A stretch of 64,000 nucleotides of DNA. It comes from Podarcis melisellensis (lineage: Eukaryota). The DNA lies in assembly GCA_964234715.1 (NCBI GenBank), contig OZ174286.1, one strand, 5' to 3'. The notes beneath the pieces were generated by a model. It searched no databases. It saw nothing but the letters and a program-made list of their open reading frames with translations, and was not told the origin of the DNA. The stretch's first letter is position 1; each line of letters begins with the position of its first letter. Of this stretch, positions 35,760-47,826 are shown one piece after another. A program made the position numbers and the translations under genes.

Positions 35760-35911
35760 TCATATGACTGGTCACGTGGTGGAGGCAGCTCAGTCCAAAA
35801 GAAAATGGGGTTTGGTGTAAATCTGGGGGTGTAATGTTATCATATATCACGCTACCTCGTAAAACCGACACGGAAGCCTACCGGACCACAAATCACCGGT
35901 CAAAATTATGA
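35760..35911 (+). promoter_or_regulatory. HOXA7 promoter/leader: E-box and chained uORFs at 35805-35834 and 35834-35911
   Basis: GTCACGTG at 35771-35778; TAATG and ATGA stop/start overlaps. Confidence 0.7.
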
Positions 35912-36286
35912 GTTCTTCGTATTATGTGAACGCTCTTTTTAGCAAATATACGACGGGGGCTGCTTCTCTCTTCCAAAATGCGGAGCCCACGTCTTGCTCC
36001 TTTGCTACCAACTCGCAGAGAAGCGGCTATGGACCAGGCGCTAGCGCGTTCACCTCCTCCATGCCTGCCTTGTACAACGTGAACAGCACCATATATCAAA
36101 GCCCGTTCTCTTCCGGATACAGCCTGGGCTCCGATGCCTACAATCTGCATTGCTCCTCTTTTGATCAGAACATTCCCGTCCTTTGCAATGACTTAACCAA
36201 ACCCAGCTGTGACAAAGCGGAGGACAGCAACCTGCACAGCCAGGCGGAGAGTAATTTCCGGATATACCCCTGGATGAGATGTTCAG
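35908..36286 (+). CDS. HOXA7: Homeobox A7, exon 1
   Basis: MSSSYYVNALFSKYTTGAASLFQNAEPTSCSFA; hexapeptide FRIYPWMR; donor TCAG|GTATGG. Confidence 0.97.
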
Positions 36287-36529
36287 GTATGGGGGAGGAA
36301 GGAAGGAAGGAAGGAGGGGGGGGGACAAAACCGAGATGCGGGCGGGGAAGGCCGGGCGGAGGGGAGTGGGGGGGAAGCGTTGGATTGAAAGCGCTGCCAA
36401 GCAGGCGAATGGCAACTTCCACGCGGGTGCGGGGGCAACTTCCACGCAAGGAGCGCGCGCGCGCCTGCCCTGCCCTGCCTGCCTGCCTGCTTTTAATTAG
36501 AGCAAGCGGCGCCATTGCGCAGAAAGCCC

Positions 36530-36605
36530 GTGGCATTGTATGTAAATGAGTCTCATAAAACTTTTTATTGCCCAATTAATGGGTTCTAGCCTCGTAAATT
36601 TATTT
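36530..36605. promoter_or_regulatory. HOXA7 intronic homeodomain-binding cluster (HB1-like)
   Basis: CATAAA, TTTATTG, AATTAAT and CTCGTAAA sites within about 60 bp of the intron. Confidence 0.6.
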
Positions 36606-37299
36606 AACTCTCTCTCTCTTTCTCTCCCCCCCCCCCCCGATATGGAATGGGAGCGTTGGGTTGAATTTTTGGTCGGGGCCCTAGGGAAATATGGGAAGGG
36701 TGATGGCGAAGGTGGCCGGAGACTGGCAGGGGGAGAGCCTCGCTTCTCCACGCCCGCACTGGCGAAGGAGGGGGGGGGAGTAATGCTGAGTGAGAGAAGA
36801 GCCGGGGGTGCGGACTGGGTGGGGGACGTATCAGAGAGACAGAGAGGGGAAAAAAATATGAGGGGGGAAATGGATCTTTCTATTCTTGGAGTGAGCGAAA
36901 ACGTTTGATTCCCTAATATTTGTCTCACCCACCCTCCGCAAGAAATATAGACGGTGAGTGGTAGGCATGTCAATAAAGAAAGGGGTTATTGGAGCGACGC
37001 AAACCCGAACCTGCAGTTAATTTTGCGGGAGGACAGGAAGACCTGCTCTTTTAACTGGGAGCAAAAGCGAGCCCTGAGTTCCAGACACCGCTTTGACTTC
37101 CGCCAGAGTCTGGAATGTGGCGGGCAAAACCGGAGAGAGTTTGCTTTCAGTCAATCGCCCTCTTTTCCCCGCCTGGGTTTATTTATTTAAACTACATGGT
37201 TAAAACCCGAATTCCTCCACCCATCCTGTCTCTCCCGGCTTTGCCCGGGGCACTTGAGGGAAAGCTAAGCCTTCAGTTTTTAATATACTGTGCAGGAAG

Positions 37300-37420
37300 T
37301 CGGTGGGATTTGCTTCCGAGTAGACGTGTCTCAGAATTGGACGGTCAGCTTCTACCCACTGGCCAGGAGGTTACGCCTTGCTGGACTCAATGGAGCTTAC
37401 TTCTGAGTAGGCTTGAAATG
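37300..37420. mobile_element. Partial hairpin MITE copies in HOXA7 intron
   Basis: gtgggatttgcttccgagtagacgtg and actcaatggagcttacttctgagtag. Confidence 0.5.
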
Positions 37421-37477
37421 CTGCTGTCCCTTTCCCAGATATATACATATATATTTATTGGGGTGGGGGTGGGACTC

Positions 37478-37935
<458 letters not shown>

Positions 37936-38384
37936 ACGGACAACTCCCCCCCCCCTCTCCCGGGCTCTCGCTCGCCGGAGCCCAGCGCTCGTCTTCTGTA
38001 TGCACGTGACATTGTAAACGCTCTCTTCAAATAATAATTAAAATCTATTTAAAAAGGAGACCCTTGCAATCGCCAATTCCAATTATAAGGGATGGGGGGA
38101 GAGGTGAGTTCACCTCGACTGGCCCTTCCGCATTCCCAGAGCATCCGAGACACAGCTCTGTGTAAACTAAGAGTAAAATTATCACTTGAACACCCGGACC
38201 AGTTTGGCTGTGAATGTCCAAACCTGTTGTATTATTATTTTTTGTTACATGATAGACGGATAGATTTTTCTCCCCGCCCTGATATCTGTGAGGGGAGGGG
38301 GGTGTCGTAACTTGCACATAATAAGAAAAAAGAAAAGGGGGGGGGAACGCTGGGGGAGCCCCATATAGTTTAACTTCCAAATAA

Positions 38385-38662
38385 ACTACCTGACTGTACT
38401 GGTCCCAATCAATCGCTAAAGGACAAGTGCATTAGGCTCACACTCAAACTACCTAATTTACGCTGAGGATCGCTGTACTTCCAGTTACTGAATTTTTTTG
38501 TTCTTGTTTCTTTGTTTAAAATAACCTGAAGAAGGATTTGGGGCGGGTGGGGAATTTCGAATTCCGTGCGGGGGAAAACAATGACTTAAACCACTACACT
38601 CAGCTGCAGTGATTTGTACTACCTATTTTCCAAACTACCTATTATCTAGCTCCGCCTACCTA
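38385..38662 (+). promoter_or_regulatory. Five miR-196 seed-match sites in HOXA7 3'UTR
   Basis: ACTACCT at 38385; ACTACCTA at 38448, 38618 and 38634; CTACCTA at 38656. Confidence 0.85.
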
Positions 38663-40274
38663 TCTACAAAATTATGCTGTATTTTATTAATGCAAAAAGG
38701 AAAGATGACAATACTTAAAGCGGACTTCCTCGCAGGACCTGAAGCGTAGCGCATAAGGTATAAAAGGGAAAACAATTGCAATGGGAGGCCTTCCCAAGTC
38801 CGCCACAGGATTTGATGCCTGGTGTTGTTGAGTATAATTTAAAGTTTTTAAATAATAATAATAATAATATATTTATTCTAAGGCTGTTATTAAGTGGAAA
38901 CAATATGCTGCAATGTAAGCTTTCGTCACACAAGTCTTCGCTAGGCCGAATTTGATGGAGGTTAAACCATCGCAATGGATTTGTACAAAGCGGTTTCATC
39001 GCGTCCTTTTTGTGCGGCTCTGTTCATGGCCGATTTAGTGTTCCCTTTTGAGTTTTCTACCATTCTGCTTGATGCAACTGAAAAAAAAACACAAAGCAAC
39101 AAATTGAAAAAAAATATGTGAATTTAAGCACCGGCCACATATACCTATTCTCAGTCACCTTATTCCCTTCTCCCTATTGCCAGAATGTGTTAAGTCTGAA
39201 GCAGCGTTAATTTTCATAACAATGAACGAATATTGTATATTGGATCGAGGGAGGCTTGAGCCATTTCAATTTTTCTTGGACCTCATTGATAAATATACCA
39301 TGTCATCTGCTGGGAAGCCTGTACTTGGTGAGGCAAACTTTGTAGCATGAAGCAACGTCGACAACTCTGTATAAATAAATTCTGCCTGAAAGTTTTGGCT
39401 AAACTTTATTCATAAAATGTACGTTACGATGTGTTTTTCCACTGTGAACATTGAGGTATCTCGTGTTAAAATTGAAGGGGGCGGGAAGTGCGTGTGTGTG
39501 TGCGTCTGCGTGAATACTCTTCGGAGGTGCTGTCGTGTATCGCCCACGTTCGATGTGTTTTATGTTACACAGAAATAAAAAATGCTTGTTGACAAAATAT
39601 CCTCTCTTTTTTATTATTAAAAGTTACATATCTATATAAACATTTATATACACATCTAGGCACGCATGCAGACCCGCATCCAAATGCGAAAGTCCCCAGT
39701 ATATACAAAGCAACTAACGATAACTCTCTCAACCTGGTACTTGGAAATGAATGTTAATAATATAATCACTAAGATCTGCTCTCACAGTGATCTACTTTAT
39801 ATATGAGAATGAGCGAGCGGGCTGCTAGCCAGCCAGCAAGCAACCCAAATATTACTTGGGCGGAAATCTCGTGGATCCCAATCAGAGTTCCTTCCCCATA
39901 GTATAATGGGGATACAAAAGAGAGATTTTGCTTAAGATGAGTCTACTGGTTCTTGGAAAACATACATCTGATTTCGAAGTAGGTCCTAATTAACTAATTC
40001 AGGATTTGTTTTTCAAACGCCTCTCGCGAGGTATATATAGGCTGGTATAGTCCGCACTTTGGAGAGGAAGTCAATGAAATTTCTGGAATGGAATGACTAT
40101 AAGGCGCTTTAAGGCGCCGTCTGTAAGGTGCACGGTAGCCCCCAGAACACGGAATTAAGGACAATGCCATCAGCAAAGATTTCCATAGCATATTCCCAAA
40201 ATATTTCTCCTACGAGCAATTTTTCTCCCCGCCCCCTTTTTATTCATTTAAAGCAAAACTGAGTGCTATCTCTC

Positions 40275-40348
<74 letters not shown>
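40275..40348. repeat. (TA)n microsatellite
   Basis: Direct reading. Confidence 0.95.
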
Positions 40349-40350
<2 letters not shown>

Positions 40351-40554
40351 AAAGATAAATAAGAGTGGTGAGTGAATAAGGGCAGATTTCCTGCTGCTCT
40401 GTTAAAAGCGTGTGGCACAGTTTTAATATCCCCCCCTATTATAAAATACAATTCAAAAATTGTCCAGACTGTGGGTCCTTTAAAAAATCTAGAGCTTGCC
40501 TCTCTGGTAAAATGGCGCCTCTCTAAGTCCTGCCTCTTTCTTAGTGAGGAGGAA

Positions 40555-40705
40555 AGAGCCATAAATCCGTTGTTGTTTATGAAAATTTACAACTTTGCAA
40601 TACAACTTTATGAGTGGTTCCGTTCCTCCATTGGTTGCCGGTGGTCATGTGGATGGCAACCGTGAACATGAACTTTTTTATAATTTCCCTGGCGAGAATA
40701 GAGCT
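40555..40705 (+). promoter_or_regulatory. Conserved non-coding element between HOXA7 and HOXA6; candidate distal promoter for long A6/A5/A3 transcripts
   Basis: CCATAAA, two TTTATG, ATTGG (reverse CCAAT), CATGTG E-box and TTTTATAA; recognised from recall as the pan-vertebrate element 3' of Hox7 genes. Confidence 0.6.
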
Positions 40706-43700
40706 GCATTCTTTTGCTCAGCTCTGTCCTGCTTCGGATCTCTCTGGCTTTTCAGTTCCCCCCCACCTCCACCACCCCCGATTTTCATTTGTCCTTTGTA
40801 AGTCAATAGGGAGCCGGGTGGATGGAGGTTCGGAGCAGGCAGTCGCCTAGAACGCAGGTCTTGGATGGCAATTTCCAGTTCCTCCGCCGGAAGGTGTGGC
40901 ATATTGGATTCAAAGCGCTGGAGTGGCAGATTTTCAACTCACAACCTGGCTAATTTCCTGCTTCTTCTGGCACCAAAAGGAGGGCGATTCGTCTCCGGTG
41001 CAGCCAAGGCGACAGCTGTCAGAGTAGCAGGGGCTCCTGCAAGCCAGAACCTAAAAAGGTGAGAAATTCAGAGAACTACCAGCTTGAGCGAGCAACCCCT
41101 GTTATAACATTAGACTAGACAAACCTGGAAAATCAGCATCCTTCTCTGAAACAGATTAGACATAGAATGTTGATCCGCCAAAGGTGCGATGGTGCCAATT
41201 GATTCTCTAAGCTTCCTGGATTGTGCCGGGTGCAATCAAAACAGACCAGAACTGCTAGTGAGCCTGTAGATATGCTATTTTAGCACCGGCTGCAGCTACA
41301 TTTGCTTAAGAATAACCTGTATTTTTTTGAAGCTACGGGAGATTTTAGAAACCGTCTCATTAAATGCTGCGTTGATAGTAGGGCAGAGCTGGAATGCTTC
41401 TAAAATGTGAATTTAAGCAAAGCGGGTGCGTTTTGACTTTTTTTGTGTTTAATGCGTGGTTGTTGTTGCTATGAGATCTGTCGATGTAAATAGAGAGTTT
41501 AGGAACTTATCGCTTCATTTTAGATGTTAGGTGGAAATTAATTCCGGTAACGTCAGAGGTTAGATTACGCATGCAATGGATTGCTCCATCTTCCGATGAA
41601 GAAGTGCGTACAATAGCATGGTAGTCACGTATATCGCATGGCGCCTGGATAAGATTAGGAGCTTTTTAAAGTCCCGAAATGCAGCTTGTCCCTTAATGAT
41701 AACTAAGGATTAAATGCAATAAGGAAGCTTACTTCAGAATCACAAAATGCGGCTTTTTGTTTGGTGGAGACGGGGGGAGTGTTTGTGTGGATGTGAGAGA
41801 AAAACAGGTTAATGAAATAATAGAAAATTATCCTCAAAATTGGTGTAGGTGGAGGGATGTGGTGAAGAAGCAATATTTTCGTAAGGGTATGTAATTTTGT
41901 GTTATGCGCCCATTTTGTGTCGTCTCCTTAAAATGGTTTTCTGGGAGGAAGATATTTCGGAGTGCATATCTTCAAATATTCATTTCAGTGGTTAAAGATT
42001 AGAAGCAATTATCTTATGTGTTCAGAACGATGGGTGTCCCCCCCCCCCCCACTTCTCCGAGCTGATAAAGAATTACGTGTGCATTGCATCGCAGTGTCTG
42101 GCTGACTGCAACCGCAGTGAATGTCGGATTATTTATCGCCAAGTGGATTGTACTCAGTGCTGCCACTGTGTGGTTGAAGGTGGTACTGGACGCAGAGTGA
42201 GCTGGGGCAACCGCCAGTATCACACACACACACACACACACACATCCAAACACACAAACACACACACCCGCAGAACGTAGCGGGTGGTTCTCCATTGGAA
42301 AACTCTATTTGTAAAAATCGGCCTTCAGTTGCCCACCTCAAGCCGTATCGCTTTAAGGATTCTTTTTCCGCGAGAGCTTAAAAAATTTACGTGGCAGACG
42401 GGATTTGAAGGGGACACCCCGGAAAGATATTGTTGTTGAACTGAATGTTTTGGCGTGGTGAATTGGAAGGACCAGGAAGGGCTACTAACACGTCCAGTCT
42501 AAACAATAGCTGGGATTGCGAGAACTGTTTGGATTAGCGGCTGTGAGCTAAATGTTGCTTTCTGTTACATCTCTGAACCTAAGAAGGATTTGCAAGTGGA
42601 TTTATACCTTAGGGAAACGGAGCTTTTAAGCTTAAGAGGGTAACTGCCTCCCGCACCTGTATTCTAACTTTGTTTGACTTATGGCTTCGATTGAATGAAA
42701 GCCCGAGAGGAAAGGGGGTGGATGGGGGAAACCCTCGCACTGTTAAACGGGTAGTCACACATTTTAAATCGATGGGTACTGCTATATATATATTTTTAAA
42801 AAAAGTTTTGGAGTTTTGCATGTTTTCTTTTAAACGGGGCCACTCCAGCTGTTTACCTTGCTTGGGTTAGGAATGTGTCTCCGGGAGCTTGTCTGGGTTC
42901 ATTTGAGAAGCTGCAGTCTATGGCAAGGCTTCTGCTTAGCAGATGTGGGTCTCCGAACCTCTAGTTGGGGAGGGGGGACTTTTCTACTAGCAGATCTTTA
43001 TATATATATATATTTGTACATTGGACTGCAACCATGACATTATTATTATTATTACATTGCATATTGCTAAATAACCTCGTTAAGAGACCTGGTGAGCGTT
43101 GCATGCACTTTTCTACTTTAAATTCTGCTTTATTTGGTTCTTGGTGAGTAAAAGAAAAATGAGGGAGATTCCTTCGTTATATTGCGCTGAATTTACAGAC
43201 ACTGCCCTACAGTTTATATTTTTCCTGGCTGCTGGTCTTTGCAGGATGATTTGAGAGTGGCATTTTGGTTCATTAAAACTGATGGGAAGGGAAATCTTAG
43301 CACAACTTCCAGAAAATATTAATAGAGAGTAAAGAAATGTTTTACCTGTCCTTCAACCGTATGAAGTTTCCCCACTTTCGAGTGCCTTGTGCATCCTGAC
43401 GTTATATATCTGCACTGTAAAAATGTTTGAAACGTGATTGACTCATTTTTGTTGTACTCGGCGAATGGTCAGCTTCCTGTTTCTCTGCTTCTGAGCTCTC
43501 CCACCTATACTATCGATTGCATTTATAGGTAACCTTTTAGCGGAAAGATTGGGGAAGTCCTTTGAAAGCACTCGCCATTATTGGAGGTAATCGAGAGTTG
43601 CCTGTGAAACCCCGATGAGGGGTGCAAACAATGCACACGGTGGGGAGACGTTTTAACTTACTGCTGTTTTATAGATCCCGTAATGGGACTCCGGAAATGA

Positions 43701-43844
43701 AAGAAACCAGATTGCAACTGGGACAAAGCTCACGGCTTTCAAGCCAATTGAGGGATAGTTTTTTAAAGCGCCCATTCAAAAACCCGAGTCTGTGGAGGGA
43801 AGTGTAAATCGCTACCCAGGCAATTGGCACAGAAAACATTTTGT

Positions 43845-43940
43845 GGGCCTCTGCCCTAAAGACACTTTACTTGGGACCAAAGTCCTAATGGGCTCAAGGG
43901 GGGGGGGGACTTACTTCTGAGTAAACGTGCTTAGAAATGA
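43845..43940. mobile_element. Hairpin MITE copy
   Basis: cctaaagacactttacttggga...gggacttacttctgagtaaacgtgcttag. Confidence 0.6.
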
Positions 43941-45430
43941 ACCAGATGTATTAAAAGCGTGGATCTCTCAGATGTTAGCATTACCACTTTTGCTACCTTA
44001 GGCCTAGGCGTACCCTTCTTTTCATTACCCTAAAATTTCCACTACGTTTGTGGGGGAGGGATTAGTGTGCTGCTTGCTAGGTGATGTCTGGGGGAGTCCA
44101 CAGCAGACAGGTTAAATATAAATATGAAGAGGGGCAGCCCCACCACCCAAAGTACTGGCTATAAAGGGCATTTGTGCAGACAGAGTTCGCCATGACGGGT
44201 TTCCCCTCTGCCTGCCAGACTGAGACAAAAACAAGGACTAAAGCTGCGGATATATTCCTTGACGAGTTAAAAAATGTCAACAAGAAAAACAAGCCTGTCC
44301 TTGCCGGAATGATTCAGCCTTTTCAAAGCTTCTGATGTCGTATCCTCAGCTACTTTCGAGAGGATTCCTTTGCCAAAAACAATAACAAAACAAAAAAAAA
44401 CGCACCACCCACTGCCAACACACAATAACAACCACGTCGAGACATCCTCACTTCTTTCCTGCTTTCCGAATTACTATTAAAATTGTCTGGGTCAAGCTTA
44501 ACAGGCGAGATTCTTTTCCTCAGCTACCAAGAGGCTCAAAGAAGAAGAATTATTGCAGAGAGACGTATCTGCGTCCGCGTGTTTTCTTACTAACCAAATA
44601 AAACTAGGCTATTATTATTATTATTATTAATTATTATTATTACCTGAATCGAAACCTTTTGGGAAGCCTTGTATGACTAAGCTTATTCTCCCCGCCCCGC
44701 CCCGGACTAGGAATATGTGAAAATAACTGAAGCTTTTAATTGAGGTGGTTTCTTTTTAATCAGGTCAGTGAGCAAAAGTTCCCGTTTTCGAACTTGTTTG
44801 ACATTTTCCTATTATATTTAAAAAATTCTTAGATACCACATAAATCAACCAACCGGCTGCCTTGCTTTCATCTTCCGGGGAGGGGGGAGGCTGAAGGGTC
44901 CTGGCGGGAGAATCAATGGAGAGGGGGCAAGGGGGAGTTTCCTGGGTGCTGCTTCATAACGCCTTCAGTCTAGACACCCTAACTTTGCAGAGGTGCCTCT
45001 TTTGCTTACAGATGCCAGCGGGGTTGTGCTCTGGGTGTCTACAATCACCTTGATTTATTTATCTATACAACAACACACACACACACACGCAATTCCTCTC
45101 TAGCCGTCCCCACGCCTCCAGCTTTTTGGCACAGCGGACGATAGCCGCTGTTTCCAAGTTGCCATCCATCTGCCGGGCTCCGGCGGCGGCTGAGATACGG
45201 CGGCTGGGGGGTGTTGTTTGTAACTTTGCTGGTTCGGTGGCGGCGGGTCCCAGGGGAGAAGGGCCCTCCGCCGCTCTCTCATTGGTCGCCCAGCCATCAG
45301 CTGGTGCTATTTGCTGCTGTCGCTTTTGGCGCTCGGCCATCCAGAAACAAACCACTTCGATGACTACTAATAGTTATAGCCAGATGTACTAATACACAAC
45401 AAATCACGGTCCGGGATCTGGGGAGCGTCA

Positions 45431-45881
45431 ATGAGTTCCTATTTTGTGAATCCCACTTTCCCGGGGAGCCTGCCTAATGGGCAGGAGTCGTTCCTCGGGC
45501 AGATCCCCATCTACCCAGCTGGGTACGAGGCTCTGAGGCACTTCCCAGCCTCTTATGGGGCCGGCAGCCTGCAGGACAAGACCTACTCCTCACCTTGCTT
45601 CTATCAACAGTCCACCAACACGGTCATCGCCTGCAACCGGGCATCCTATGACTATGGAGCCTCCTGCTTCTATCCAGACAAGGACTTGGGCGGCGCCTCC
45701 TCGCCCTCCGGCAGTGGCAAGCAAAGGGCCGGCCACCCTGGGGACTATCTGCCCTGCTTTGCTTCTGACCAGCAGTACAAGACCGAGAGCGGGCCGGCCA
45801 AAATCCTAAACGAGGAAGGAAGCGACCGGAAGTACAGCAGCCCTGTTTATCCTTGGATGCAAAGGATGAACTCGTGCGCTG
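45431..45881 (+). CDS. HOXA6: Homeobox A6, exon 1
   Basis: [24 protein letters not shown]; [15 protein letters not shown]; donor GCTG|GTAAGT. Confidence 0.97.
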
Positions 45882-46819
45882 GTAAGTCACAGGGATGCAA
45901 GCAAGACTCAAGGGGGGGGGGGCGGGCGGGCGAGAGAGGGTGAAAGTGAAGGTGAGGGGGGAGAGAGATGAAGGGCTTTGGGGGAGGATGGAGGAATATG
46001 AGAGGGGGTTTTTTGCAGGGGGTGGGGGGTGGGAAGCTGGACCTATGAAGACCAGTGTCACCTGCAAGCAAATGGGTAGACTGAGATTCCTCTCCAGGTT
46101 CTTCTCTATACTGACACTTTGCTGGGCGGGGGGAGGTGGGGTGGGGTGGCGGGGCTACTTTGAAGAAGTATGCATTTATTTATTTTAAAGGAAAGGTCGC
46201 CTAAAGTCTGAGTCAGCAGATAAAGGTTGCAATGCCCAAACAATCATACCTGAGAGCCAGTTCGGTATAAAGTACTAAGATCTGGTGCTCGTTGTAGGCT
46301 CGGGTGGTGGTTACTGCTGCTACTAGTACGAAATATTCATGATTAAAAGAAGCCCGCTTCCATGAGAGCCAGAGACTGGTGCGGAGGAATATGCCCTCTG
46401 TATTGACTGCTCAATATATTTGCAAGACAGATCCTCTCTTCCCCCTCCCTTCACCCACTCATTAGTGTGTAAGTATTAGCTACTGAATGCACGTTTTCCA
46501 GTAATATGTGCACGCACACAAATCATCTACTGGGGGCGGAGGAGGTGGGGAGAGAGGAAACTTGATCAATGGCCAAATTCCCATTGATTTCAATGGATCA
46601 GAATTTCATCCTTTGTCCCTCTTAAAGGAAAAGAGAAAAGCCATGCAAAATTTAAACTCCACGAGGCATTTTTATTCAGGTTCTTCCTATATAAGTTTAC
46701 CTTCTCCGTTGTGAGTTTCTTTCTTTTGGGGGCACCACGCTGCAGTAAATATGAGGTGGAGGCTTGTTGCTTTAAGAATGCATATTAGGATTTATTTCTT
46801 TGTAATTATACTTCGTTTC

Positions 46820-47166
46820 TAGGCTGCCATCCTAAGAGCACTTGCTTGGAAGTAGGCTTTACTGAAATCAAGGGCCTTGCAAATAAATGAGCTCAGGAAC
46901 TGGTATCTGTTGCTTTAATTATTATGAAAGGTCGTGCTCCAGACAAAATTAAGCACTTTCAGGTCGCACTTATTTTAAATAGAGCAGAGTTAAGGACGTG
47001 CGCCTGCTCGAGTATGCCTCTGAAAACCAATGGAACTGCTTAACTTTGTCCGGATCCTGCCCAGGTACCCTATCGGCGTGATCTTAGGCATGTTCACTTA
47101 TAAGTAGGTTCTGTTGAGTTCAATTGGATTTACTCCCAGGTAGATGGGTATAGGATTACAGCCTGA
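46820..47166. mobile_element. Two hairpin MITE copies in HOXA6 intron (about 46822-46903 and 47075-47163)
   Basis: cta-GGCTGCCATCCTAAG...; ...ttgagttcaattggatttactcccaggtagatgggtataggattacagcc-tga. Confidence 0.65.
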
Positions 47167-47544
47167 GTTTTTGCCGACGCCACAGCGAGATAGAAATGTT
47201 ACACACCCCACACAGAGCCAGTCACAGCGTGCGCATATGTGCCCGTTTGCGTGCCATATGAGGGTATTTTCTGCGTGTTGAGCGCGGAATTTTAGCCCGG
47301 ACGTCAATACGAAGAACATTTGCTTCCCAAAGTTCTGCTACCAACTAGATATCCCTGGGAGATATTTAACCCGGGAAACGTTGAGGAAGGGACTGAACTT
47401 TCCCCACGCATCTCCTTATATCTTCCTATGCAAGGATATGGGCTGGGGGTGGGAGAGAAAGGGGGGAGAAAACACACACACCAGCGCAGCTCGAAGCAGT
47501 TTTCCTCCATTGTTAACAGAAAGCACGAAGGCCTCTTCAACTGA

Positions 47545-47826
<282 letters not shown>

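Noticed and set aside
27615-35900. Possible HOXA8 gene or pseudogene
   Set aside because: No homeobox-like or hexapeptide coding remnant recognised; group 8 is absent from tetrapod HoxA
45100-45180. Possible CTCF 6|7 site (minus-strand CCGGCAGATGGATGGC)
   Set aside because: Weak match and opposite orientation to the other sites; needs a PWM scan
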